A stretch of 24,000 bases of DNA from Lachnospiraceae bacterium. Its GTDB lineage: Bacteria; Bacillota; Clostridia; Lachnospirales; Lachnospiraceae. Positions 8,802-15,755 of the stretch are shown here, piece by piece (positions within the stretch are counted from its first letter, which is position 1; each line of letters begins with the position of its first letter). The notes below the pieces were generated by a model that made no database searches, was not told where the DNA came from, and worked only from the letters and a program-made list of their open reading frames with translations. Location of the stretch: positions 8,137 to 32,136 of the forward strand of contig JAEFAR010000024.1 in NCBI GenBank assembly GCA_016287675.1. The letters are read 5' to 3'. The position numbers were made by a program, and so were the translations under genes.

Positions 8802-9008
8802 TTAATTCTCAACAGTAATTACGCAGTCAGGGCACATTAGTGCACAGGATGCGCATCCGATGCAGGCATCGGTATCTATGCATTTTGCCGGATGATGTCC
8901 TTTTGCGTTCAGCACGTTCTCATCCAGTGCCACGATCTTTTTGGGGCAAGCTGTCACACAAAGCCCGCAGCCCTTGCAAACATCACTTTTAAATGAAATC
9001 TTCGCCAC
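8802..9008 (-). CDS. 2-oxoacid:ferredoxin oxidoreductase, delta subunit (2x[4Fe-4S] ferredoxin-like)
   Basis: It has two CxxCxxCxxxCP clusters, CKGCGLCVTACP and CIGCASCALMCP. It has a GTG start with GGAGGA 7-8 nt upstream. Confidence 0.85.
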   Translation of the reverse strand: MAKISFKSDVCKGCGLCVTACPKKIVALDENVLNAKGHHPAKCIDTDACIGCASCALMCPDCVITVEN

Positions 9009-9028
9009 TGTTGTATCCTCCTTTTAAA

Positions 9029-9060
9029 CCCCTGAGCCGCTAAAAAACGCGGATGCAGGG
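9029..9060 (-). other. Intercistronic hairpin between the P-loop NTPase gene and the delta-subunit gene
   Basis: The minus-strand RNA reads CCCUG-cau-CCGC-guuuuuua-GCGG-cu-CAGGG and is followed directly by the delta-subunit RBS. There is no U-tract, so it is not a canonical terminator. Confidence 0.5.
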
Positions 9061-9079
9061 TGATCATTTGTTGGTTGTG

Positions 9080-9745
9080 TTAAACTATCTTGTCTTGTAA
9101 ATGAATGACCATGAGGTTTTCGATCTTATCCTTCACCTCATCGTAGACCTTCCGGGTCACTGTCGTGAATCTGATGGGGATACCCGCCATTTCGGACACT
9201 TTTTGAGCAAATTCCACGCTTTCGAGAACATCTTCCGCCGTAGTTTCCTCACCGAGATTCGAATCATTAACGATCCCCGTGAATCTCATGTTTGCCGTGG
9301 TCTCTATCTCGTGCATGATTTCCATCGCCAGTTCCGGAGTTTTGGACAGGGGCCTGAATCTGTTTAAAACCAGAAGCAGTTCGTAGTCGTTCTCTTCCTT
9401 GATCGCATCTGCGTAGCGCCCAAGGGCCGTGGCTCCTCTGTCATCTCCGCCTATGTCAAAGATCGCATATCTGTCATGAATGTCAACCAATGAATAGATC
9501 TCTGCGGGAAGAGCGGGAAGATCCACATTTGATCCTGCATATAAAGACGAGATCAGCGTTATTCCGTTTTCTTCCAATTCCTTTTGGCTGTCCTTGGTCC
9601 TGAAGTAGGGATTTACAATGTCGAGATCGGCTATGGCCACATCCAGTCCCTTTTTCTTCAGCATCAGTGCATAATTAACAGCCACGTTGGTTTTTCCGCT
9701 GCCGTAGTGTCCGGCAAACAAAGTCACTCTTTTAAGCTTGTCCAT
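9080..9745 (-). CDS. P-loop NTPase of unknown function (MinD/ParA/CooC-like SIMIBI fold, classical Walker A)
   Basis: MDKLKRVTLFAGHYGSGKTNVAVNYALMLKKKGLDVAIADLD contains the Walker A motif GHYGSGKT, and AIFDIGGDD is Walker-B-like. The ATG at 9745 is preceded by AGGAGA. The 9802 extension lacks an RBS. Confidence 0.7.
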   Translation of the reverse strand: MDKLKRVTLFAGHYGSGKTNVAVNYALMLKKKGLDVAIADLDIVNPYFRTKDSQKELEENGITLISSLYAGSNVDLPALPAEIYSLVDIHDRYAIFDIGGDDRGATALGRYADAIKEENDYELLLVLNRFRPLSKTPELAMEIMHEIETTANMRFTGIVNDSNLGEETTAEDVLESVEFAQKVSEMAGIPIRFTTVTRKVYDEVKDKIENLMVIHLQDKIV

Positions 9746-9869
9746 TTTTCTCCTGTTAAAAGTATAATTATTCAGTTTATAACTTTTAAATACATTTTGC
9801 AAGCATTATTTCTTTAACGTTGTGAAGCAGTACCATTAAAAAATTTTACATTATTCAGAAGAAGCCCTT

Positions 9870-12137
9870 TTAAAGCGCTTTTCTGATAACTTTGCCGCTT
9901 ATGGTCTTGGGAAGCTCGGTTCTGAATTCCACGATCCTGGGATACTTGTAGGGAGCTGTCTTTTCCTTGACGTAATTCTGTATCTCTTTCTTAAGATCTT
10001 CGGTTCCTTCCTTGCCGGGAACAAGAACTATGCATGCTTTAACCACCTGTCCTCTGACGGGATCGGGAGCTGCACATACGCCGCATTCAAGCACATAAGG
10101 AAGTTCCATGATGACATTCTCGATCTCGAAGGGTCCGATCCTGTATCCCGAAGACTTGATGACGTCGTCGATCCTGGAAACATACCAGAAGTAACCGTCC
10201 TCATCCTTGTAGGCGATGTCTCCTGTGTGGTAATAGCCGTCATGCCATGCTTCTTTTGTCTTGTCAGGCTCTTTGTAGTACTCCAGAAGAAGTCCGCAGG
10301 GGATACCGTTCTTGGTGCTGATGCAGATCTCTCCGTTTTCCGCGGTACCCACGGGATTTCCTTCTGTGTCCAGCAGTTCCACATCATATGCGGGTGAAGG
10401 CTTACCCATTGAGCCCGGCTTCGGCTTCATGCCGACCAGGTTTCCGATCGTGAGTGTGGTCTCGGTCTGTCCGAAACCTTCCATAATATCAAGTCCCGTA
10501 GCCTGCTTGAACTGATAGAACACTTCGGGGTTCAAAGCTTCACCTGCGGTAGTCGCGTGCTCTATGCATGAAAGATCGTATTTTGTAAGGTCCTCCTTAA
10601 TGAACATTCTGTACATTGTGGGAGGTGCGCAGAAGGTGGTGATGGGATACTTGGCAAAAAGTTTCAGTATGTCATCCGCATGGAAGCGCTCGAAATCGTA
10701 AACGAATACTGCCGCTTCATTAAGCCACTGACCGAAGAGCTTGCCCCAGAGGGATTTGCCCCAGCCTGTGTCCGAAATCGTAAAGTGGAGGCCATTGGTC
10801 CTTACGCAGTGCCAGTACTTAGCTGTGATGAAATGTCCCAAAGCATACGTACAGGAATGGAGTACCATCTTGGGATAGCCGTTGGTGCCGCTGGAGAACA
10901 GCATGATCATGGGATCTTCGCCCTTTGCGCTGTCGGCGGTTCTTAAATACCTTCTGGAGAAGAAAACGTACTCGTCATCGAAATTTCTCCAGCCATCCTT
11001 GTGTCCGCCGACGATGATCTTGTTCTGAAGGAAAGGACATTCCTTTGCCGCATCGTCAACGGCATCTGTCGTACCGTCCGAAAACGTACATACGATGGAA
11101 TGGATGTCACCTGCCCTGAAGCGGTAGACAAAGTCATGACTCTTAAGCTGATTCGTGGCGGGAACAACAATCGCCCCGATCTTATTCAGTGCCAGGAAGG
11201 CTACCCAGAACTGATAGTGACGCTTGAGTACCAGCATTACCCTGTCGCCTTTTTTGATACCCAGGGATGTGAAGTAATTTGCCGCCTGATTTGAAAGTTC
11301 CTTGAATTCCTTAAATGTAAAACGTCTTTCGTTCTTGTCTTTGTCCAGATGGATCATTGCCAGCTTGTCGGGCTTTGTCTTTGCGATCTCATCCACAATG
11401 TCAAAAGCGAAATTGAATTTATCCGTGTTTTTAAAGTTGATGCTGTGGAAGCTTCCGTCTTCGTTGTCAACGCTGTCGATGAAGTTTTCGTAAACCAGTC
11501 CCTTGGTCTGCTTTGCACGTACGATAGCTTCCGTCGCAAAGCCGTTATCCTGTTCGTCGGATGCCATGATCATGGCGATGAACTTGCAGGCTTTTCCGCC
11601 AACAGCGATCATTCCGTGGGGCTTGCCGGAAGTGTAGTAGATGGAGTCTCCGGCATTCAGGATCTCCACATGTTCACCCACCTGCACTTTCAGCGATCCT
11701 TCAACGATGTAGTCAAATTCCTGGCCTGAATGTATCGTGGTGTGAATGGGAAGGTTCTGCAGCTTTTCATCGTAATCGTAAGTAACGAGGTAGGGCTCGG
11801 CAAGCTTCTTCTTGAAGTAGGGTGCAAGGTTCTGGATGAGCTCTCCGGCTTCGTTTGCTGTTGTAAGACCCATGCCTCCTCTTACCACATTGTAAGAAGA
11901 AAGTCTTGCACTCTGTCCCTCGATAAGTTCTGTCATCTCCAGTCCGAAAGCAAGTGCACATTTGTGCACAAACGTAAAGGGAAGTTCCGCTTCACCGTTC
12001 ATGTAAGCATTGAAATGCTCCATATCGACTTCTGCCTTTGCTGCAAGCTCTTCGTCGGAATAGCCTTTGATATCCTGCATATCACGTATTCTCACGACGA
12101 CTTCGTTCACTTGATCTTTCATTTCCGGCTTAACCAT
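9870..12137 (-). CDS. Fusion protein: N-terminal XRE-HTH + cupin regulator module (about aa 1-195) joined to an AMP-forming acyl-CoA synthetase (about aa 236-755)
   Basis: The N-terminal part, RIRDMQDIKGYSDEELAAKAEVDMEHFNAYMNGEAELPFTFVHKCALAFG...HSGQEFDYIVEGSLKVQVGEHVEILNAGDSIYYTSGKPHG, aligns along its length with the stand-alone regulator at 4647..5198. The C-terminal part has the ligase motifs FSSGTNGYPKMV, GFGQTET, SGYRIGPFEIENV and LPKTISGKVIRK. The ATG is preceded by AAAAGGAGAAAAACC. Confidence 0.9.
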   Translation of the reverse strand: MVKPEMKDQVNEVVVRIRDMQDIKGYSDEELAAKAEVDMEHFNAYMNGEAELPFTFVHKCALAFGLEMTELIEGQSARLSSYNVVRGGMGLTTANEAGELIQNLAPYFKKKLAEPYLVTYDYDEKLQNLPIHTTIHSGQEFDYIVEGSLKVQVGEHVEILNAGDSIYYTSGKPHGMIAVGGKACKFIAMIMASDEQDNGFATEAIVRAKQTKGLVYENFIDSVDNEDGSFHSINFKNTDKFNFAFDIVDEIAKTKPDKLAMIHLDKDKNERRFTFKEFKELSNQAANYFTSLGIKKGDRVMLVLKRHYQFWVAFLALNKIGAIVVPATNQLKSHDFVYRFRAGDIHSIVCTFSDGTTDAVDDAAKECPFLQNKIIVGGHKDGWRNFDDEYVFFSRRYLRTADSAKGEDPMIMLFSSGTNGYPKMVLHSCTYALGHFITAKYWHCVRTNGLHFTISDTGWGKSLWGKLFGQWLNEAAVFVYDFERFHADDILKLFAKYPITTFCAPPTMYRMFIKEDLTKYDLSCIEHATTAGEALNPEVFYQFKQATGLDIMEGFGQTETTLTIGNLVGMKPKPGSMGKPSPAYDVELLDTEGNPVGTAENGEICISTKNGIPCGLLLEYYKEPDKTKEAWHDGYYHTGDIAYKDEDGYFWYVSRIDDVIKSSGYRIGPFEIENVIMELPYVLECGVCAAPDPVRGQVVKACIVLVPGKEGTEDLKKEIQNYVKEKTAPYKYPRIVEFRTELPKTISGKVIRKAL

Positions 12138-12263
12138 GGTTTTTCTCCTTTTAATGTTGGATGTTGGTTCAAAAAATTCATTATGCTATACACGGATTGC
12201 TTCGCTGCTTCGTAGCTCCCGCAATCCTGCGAACATTCGCAAACCGCTGATTTTTGCTTTTGC

Positions 12264-12305
12264 AAAAAGAAAACGTCCCAAGATTAGTAAACTAATCTTG
12301 AGACG
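12264..12305 (-). terminator. T-box expression-platform terminator
   Basis: CGUCUCAAGAUUAG-uuua-CUAAUCUUGGGACG forms a 14-bp stem with one G-U pair and is followed by UUUUCUUUUU. Its 5' arm overlaps the 3' arm of the antiterminator. Confidence 0.85.
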
Positions 12306-12547
12306 AAATATTCATTCCGCGGTACCACTCAATTTCCTGCTTGGCAGGCTCTTTAAGGTCTTACAACCTCTTTGCACTAACGTAGCTCTCACGTAGGCCA
12401 CTACTCGCTTTCGCTTTCGCATCCTCAGCTCGGAAGGGATTGGATGATCTTAAGTTCTTACAGGCTCGCACCAAACGCCTGCTCTCTGAAAAGAAGTTTT
12501 AAAAGTCCGTCTTCGTCACAGCTTTTATTCAATACCTTATTTAATTG
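12264..12547 (-). promoter_or_regulatory. T-box riboswitch leader (tRNA-sensing transcription attenuator)
   Basis: Read on the minus strand, the leader contains the following elements. K-turn/GA motif: AGCUGUGACGAAG...CUUCCGAGCU. AG bay: CAGAGAG. Distal stem: CAGGC/GCCUG with an 11-nt loop GUUUGGUGCGA. Stem III: CCUGC-caa-GCAGG. T-box sequence: AAAUUGAGUGGUACCGCGG (12317..12335). Antiterminator: UUGAG/CUCAA flanking the 7-nt bulge UGGUACC. A mutually exclusive terminator follows. Confidence 0.85.
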
Positions 12548-12553
12548 TTCGTT

Positions 12554-12582
12554 ACTTTACCACTTTAAATTATCTTTGTCAA
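12554..12582 (-). promoter_or_regulatory. Sigma-A promoter driving the T-box leader (TTGACA-17-TAAAGT)
   Basis: The reverse complement of 12577..12582 is TTGACA and of 12554..12559 is TAAAGT, with a 17-nt spacer. The -35 overlaps the TGA stop codon of the upstream glycoside-hydrolase-like gene. Confidence 0.7.
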
Positions 12583-15500
12583 GAAGGTATTTTAAAAAGT
12601 TCAGGACGCTTCAAAATTCCGAAGGGATCCGGCTTGTATTCGTAGCTCCAGCTTGCCCCGACGGTTCTCCACGAATCGGGATCCTGATGTCTGTACTGTC
12701 GGTCGCAGAGATGCAAGGGACTGAAGGTGTTGTTCCTGTTTCCGAAAGCAGTGAGGCGGATCTCATGTTTTCCCCTCTTCACGCCGCGGATCAGGCATTC
12801 ATAAGGTGAAAATGCAATGTTTCCGGCGTCTTTTCCGTCCAGCTCAACTTTAATAAGAGGGCATCTGAAATCCGTCGCTCTGACAAGAAGATCTCCGTCA
12901 TTCCCGAGCTCAATGTCCCAGATGTAGCTTAAGTTTCCGCTGTAAAAAGGAAGATCCTGCCTTGAAATGTCGCCAAAGCCGAGAATCTCGGGCTTTTCGA
13001 CAATGACTGCCTTTGAGCCTTTAAGTCTCACGCCGAAATCACCGAGGACGTACAATGCTTCCAGTTCCTTGATCTTTCCGGACAGCGTCTTTAAAATGAG
13101 TTCATTCCTTCCTTTTTTCAAAACACCGAGGGCGATCCTGTCTATGTCACGATCCACGAAGAAGCCTTCCTTCTTCATTTCGACCGCACGGTCGTTAAAG
13201 ATCAGTTCATAATTCTCGGGTTTTTCAATACCGAGCGAGAGTTCTGTGCCTTCGATCTCCGACTCAAAACTGTATCTGAGCGTAAGGTCGCGCGTGTACT
13301 CAAACCCGTCGTCCATTGCCCACGGCTGCGGATAGGCATGCTGCCGCACGGTTCCGCCCGCTTTCTCGCGAAGGATGTTGTCGATCCTTAAGATCTCCTC
13401 TTTTTTACCGAACTCTTCGTCTCCGATCCTGTATTCCGCCATGTCCAGAAGCAGCACATTCGGCTCGGCAAGTTCGATCTTCACGTTCTCGGGCACTTCC
13501 AAAGAGAGACTTTCTCCTCCCGGCCTGCATTCATCGGCCGGCTTTGCAAAAGCCGCAGCCTCTTCCTTCAAAGGAACAAGTTTCAGCAAAAGGCTGTCAT
13601 GGTCGAAAAACTCCTTTTCGATAAATGTCCTTCCGTTTTCCGCCCTGAAAGGGATCTCATAAATGTCCCCGGTCAGCGCATCGTAGACCACGGGCTTAAA
13701 CATGCCTTTTAAGCATATATGGAGGTTATCCTTGTGAGGGATGTCCACAGGCTCATTTCTGAAGGCATGAGCCAAAAAGAGCCAGTTGCATTCTTCCTCA
13801 GACCGCATCTGATAGATCAGGTTTCCGACAGGATTTCCCCTGTCATCACGTATCTCAACGATCTTCTGATCCTTAAGGGCATTAAGGATCGAATACCTGT
13901 CAAAGCCCACCTTCGTAAATCCCGTGCATATTTTTTCAAGAGAATCGTCGGGTTTTGCATTAATATGCGTGGGTGTCCGGCCCGCAATGATGACTTTGCC
14001 GCCCGCTTCCGCAAAAGCTTTAAGTGCATCGATCGTGGTTTTTCTTATCGTGATGAGGTCAGGGACAACAACGGCATCGTATCTCATTTCGCCGCACACG
14101 AACTTTCCGTCTTCAACACCGTTCTTAAAGCCCGCAAGGAGCGATTCGGAGATAAGATCAAAGTCGACGGATCCGAGCAGAAGCCATGATGTCAGGTTTT
14201 GGAATTCCTCATCCCTCTGCCTTCTGAGTTCTCCGGTCTGTTCTTCGTTGCCCCATAGGAGCCAGAAGGACTCTATCGGATGGATCACGCCCACTTTTAC
14301 GACCGGCTTTCCTCTTGTGAGAGCCGTGTTGATCCTTGCAAAATAGTCCTCAACGTGCTTGTATTCTTTGTACCATGGCGACTGATAGCCGATCGATGCG
14401 GGATAGTCACGTTTTGCTTCTCCCGCCATTGATGTCCATGTAAGGTGCGGAACCCGCACAGTTACTCCGAGGGCAGCCTGCCAGTCTCCCTGAAGCTTGT
14501 GTCCTCTGAAGTCAAAATTGTAGCCGGTAACGCCGTAAAGCTCGCTCATGATCCCGGGAGCGCCCTTTTGATGAGCAGCACTTTGAGCCTGCTTTGCGGT
14601 GGTGAATTCTCTGTGATCGCAGAGCATGTCTATGCCCGGAATGTCAAATCCGCGGTAGGAACGCATGGCTTCGCCGAGACAGGCTGTCTGAGAAGTAAGA
14701 GTGGGCTCTTCCATCATATGCCCGGTCATCAGGATGTTGTGTTTCCTGCACCAGTCTCCGATATTGTCCGCAAAGCTTTCCGCAAACCGTTCGCAGACAA
14801 AATCGTGGTATTCGTATCTTGTAACGGAGTATTTTCCTTCTCCCGCTTCCCAGAAAAGCTCCGGAAGGCTGTCAAGCAGGCTGTGTCCGTATCTCTTCGT
14901 AAAGTCATCCTCAAAATCGTCCGAGAAGGGGATCTTGACCGTTCTGCTGTCCTCCGCAAAGCCCAGCCTTTCCTTTGATGCGAACTGGGGTTCATCCGTG
15001 AATATTGCGGGAATGTCCTTTCCGAAGCCGTCTCCGAGCTCGGAATAGTATTTGTCATGCGTTATCCTTATGAATTCGTCGATGGCCTTCTTGTCCAAAG
15101 TGTTTACATATGCCTGATAATTGAACCAGGGATTATCACCGCAGACTTCGAGAAATGCCCATCTCGTCTTCATCCCGGGTCTTGCGCTCTCGTTCTCCTT
15201 AAGCCTTCTGTAGGATTTAAGGAATCCGTCTTTGAGCTCGATCTCGTACTTCGCAAGGAGGACATTGTCGTCTCCTCTTACGGGCACGGCGCAAGAACTG
15301 TAATGGCGCTCTCTTTTCAGTTTTTCACGGTCTTCCTTCTCCTCTTCCGTGAAAACGAGGAACCTCTCCCTGAAGTGCCGGTCCTTCGTCACAAACCCGC
15401 CTGCCGAGCCGGACGGCCATCTGTCTTCATCATAGAGCCACGTGAGCATTCCGTTCTTTTTGAAATTCTCGCGTGCTTTCTTAATGAGTTCCATGAACTC

Positions 15501-15704
15501 TTCTCCGAGGTACACGTTTCCGAGTCCGATCCTCGAATGAAGATGTGCGCCTCCCATGCCCATGTCCTTAAAGACTTCGGTCATGAGATCCACTTTTTCT
15601 TTTGTCATCTTCGTGTTCCACGCCCAGAAAGGAGTTCCTCTGTATTCCGCTCCCGGGTCTTTGAACACTTCATCCGTTAATTTTTTGGTGTTTTCATATA
15701 ACAT
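12579..15704 (-). CDS. Large cytoplasmic glycoside-hydrolase-like protein (family not assignable by eye)
   Basis: The product is 1041 aa with no signal peptide. The N-terminus YRGTPFWAWNTKMTKEKVDLMTEVFKDMGMGGAHLHSRIGL...WLYDEDRWPSGSAGG recalls TIM-barrel glycosidases that PGAP annotates generically as glycosyl hydrolase. A mid-region VVVPDLITIRKTTIDALKAFAEAGGKVIIAG resembles the GATase1-like module of GH42 and lacto-N-biose-phosphorylase-type enzymes. The C-terminus is beta-rich. The ATG at 15704 is preceded by GGGGGTGA. The 15782 extension is rejected. Confidence 0.5.
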   Translation of the reverse strand: MLYENTKKLTDEVFKDPGAEYRGTPFWAWNTKMTKEKVDLMTEVFKDMGMGGAHLHSRIGLGNVYLGEEFMELIKKARENFKKNGMLTWLYDEDRWPSGSAGGFVTKDRHFRERFLVFTEEEKEDREKLKRERHYSSCAVPVRGDDNVLLAKYEIELKDGFLKSYRRLKENESARPGMKTRWAFLEVCGDNPWFNYQAYVNTLDKKAIDEFIRITHDKYYSELGDGFGKDIPAIFTDEPQFASKERLGFAEDSRTVKIPFSDDFEDDFTKRYGHSLLDSLPELFWEAGEGKYSVTRYEYHDFVCERFAESFADNIGDWCRKHNILMTGHMMEEPTLTSQTACLGEAMRSYRGFDIPGIDMLCDHREFTTAKQAQSAAHQKGAPGIMSELYGVTGYNFDFRGHKLQGDWQAALGVTVRVPHLTWTSMAGEAKRDYPASIGYQSPWYKEYKHVEDYFARINTALTRGKPVVKVGVIHPIESFWLLWGNEEQTGELRRQRDEEFQNLTSWLLLGSVDFDLISESLLAGFKNGVEDGKFVCGEMRYDAVVVPDLITIRKTTIDALKAFAEAGGKVIIAGRTPTHINAKPDDSLEKICTGFTKVGFDRYSILNALKDQKIVEIRDDRGNPVGNLIYQMRSEEECNWLFLAHAFRNEPVDIPHKDNLHICLKGMFKPVVYDALTGDIYEIPFRAENGRTFIEKEFFDHDSLLLKLVPLKEEAAAFAKPADECRPGGESLSLEVPENVKIELAEPNVLLLDMAEYRIGDEEFGKKEEILRIDNILREKAGGTVRQHAYPQPWAMDDGFEYTRDLTLRYSFESEIEGTELSLGIEKPENYELIFNDRAVEMKKEGFFVDRDIDRIALGVLKKGRNELILKTLSGKIKELEALYVLGDFGVRLKGSKAVIVEKPEILGFGDISRQDLPFYSGNLSYIWDIELGNDGDLLVRATDFRCPLIKVELDGKDAGNIAFSPYECLIRGVKRGKHEIRLTAFGNRNNTFSPLHLCDRQYRHQDPDSWRTVGASWSYEYKPDPFGILKRPELFKIPS

Positions 15705-15726
15705 GGCTTCACCCCCTGTTAAGGAA

Positions 15727-15755
15727 ATAATAGTGCTTTCCGTATCCCAAGTCAA
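15727..15755 (-). promoter_or_regulatory. Sigma-A promoter for the glycoside-hydrolase-like gene (TTGACT-17-TATTAT)
   Basis: The reverse complement of 15750..15755 is TTGACT and of 15727..15732 is TATTAT, with a 17-nt spacer. It lies about 25 nt upstream of the ATG. Confidence 0.65.

Noticed and set aside
9746-9869. Possible internal promoter (TTGCAA-15-TATAAA on the minus strand) or terminator between the ligase fusion and the P-loop gene
   Set aside because: The spacer length is suboptimal and the region is generally AT-rich, so such hexamers arise by chance. No hairpin with a U-tract is present. I treat the gap as part of the operon.
11730-12215. Long plus-strand ORFs opposite real genes: 11730..12215, 13719..14189, 14445..14978, 15057..15680, 18223..18699, 20437..21063, 21861..22379, 22479..23138, 3897..4349 and 3072..3509. 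The minus-strand ORFs 1369..1977 and 2390..2908 opposite argG and the SGNH gene belong to the same group.
   Set aside because: All fully overlap confidently identified genes on the other strand. Their translations are Cys/His/Arg/Leu-rich with no recognisable motif, which is typical of shadow ORFs.
12451-12457. GAACUUA heptamer in Stem I, which looks like a canonical GAA-codon-A specifier for leucine (CUU)
   Set aside because: In my fold it lies only about 5 bp below the AG bay, and its AAGAA/UUAAGA parts pair with the 5' strand. The distance to the distal platform is too short compared with known Stem I geometry. I keep it as an alternative until a covariance alignment is done.
12136-12809. 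Plus-strand ORFs 12136..12396 (86 aa) and 12444..12809 (121 aa) in the gap between the ligase fusion and the hydrolase-like gene
   Set aside because: They lie antisense to a well-formed T-box leader and promoter and run into the 3' end of the hydrolase-like gene. They have no RBS and a biased, Ser/Leu/Arg-rich composition.
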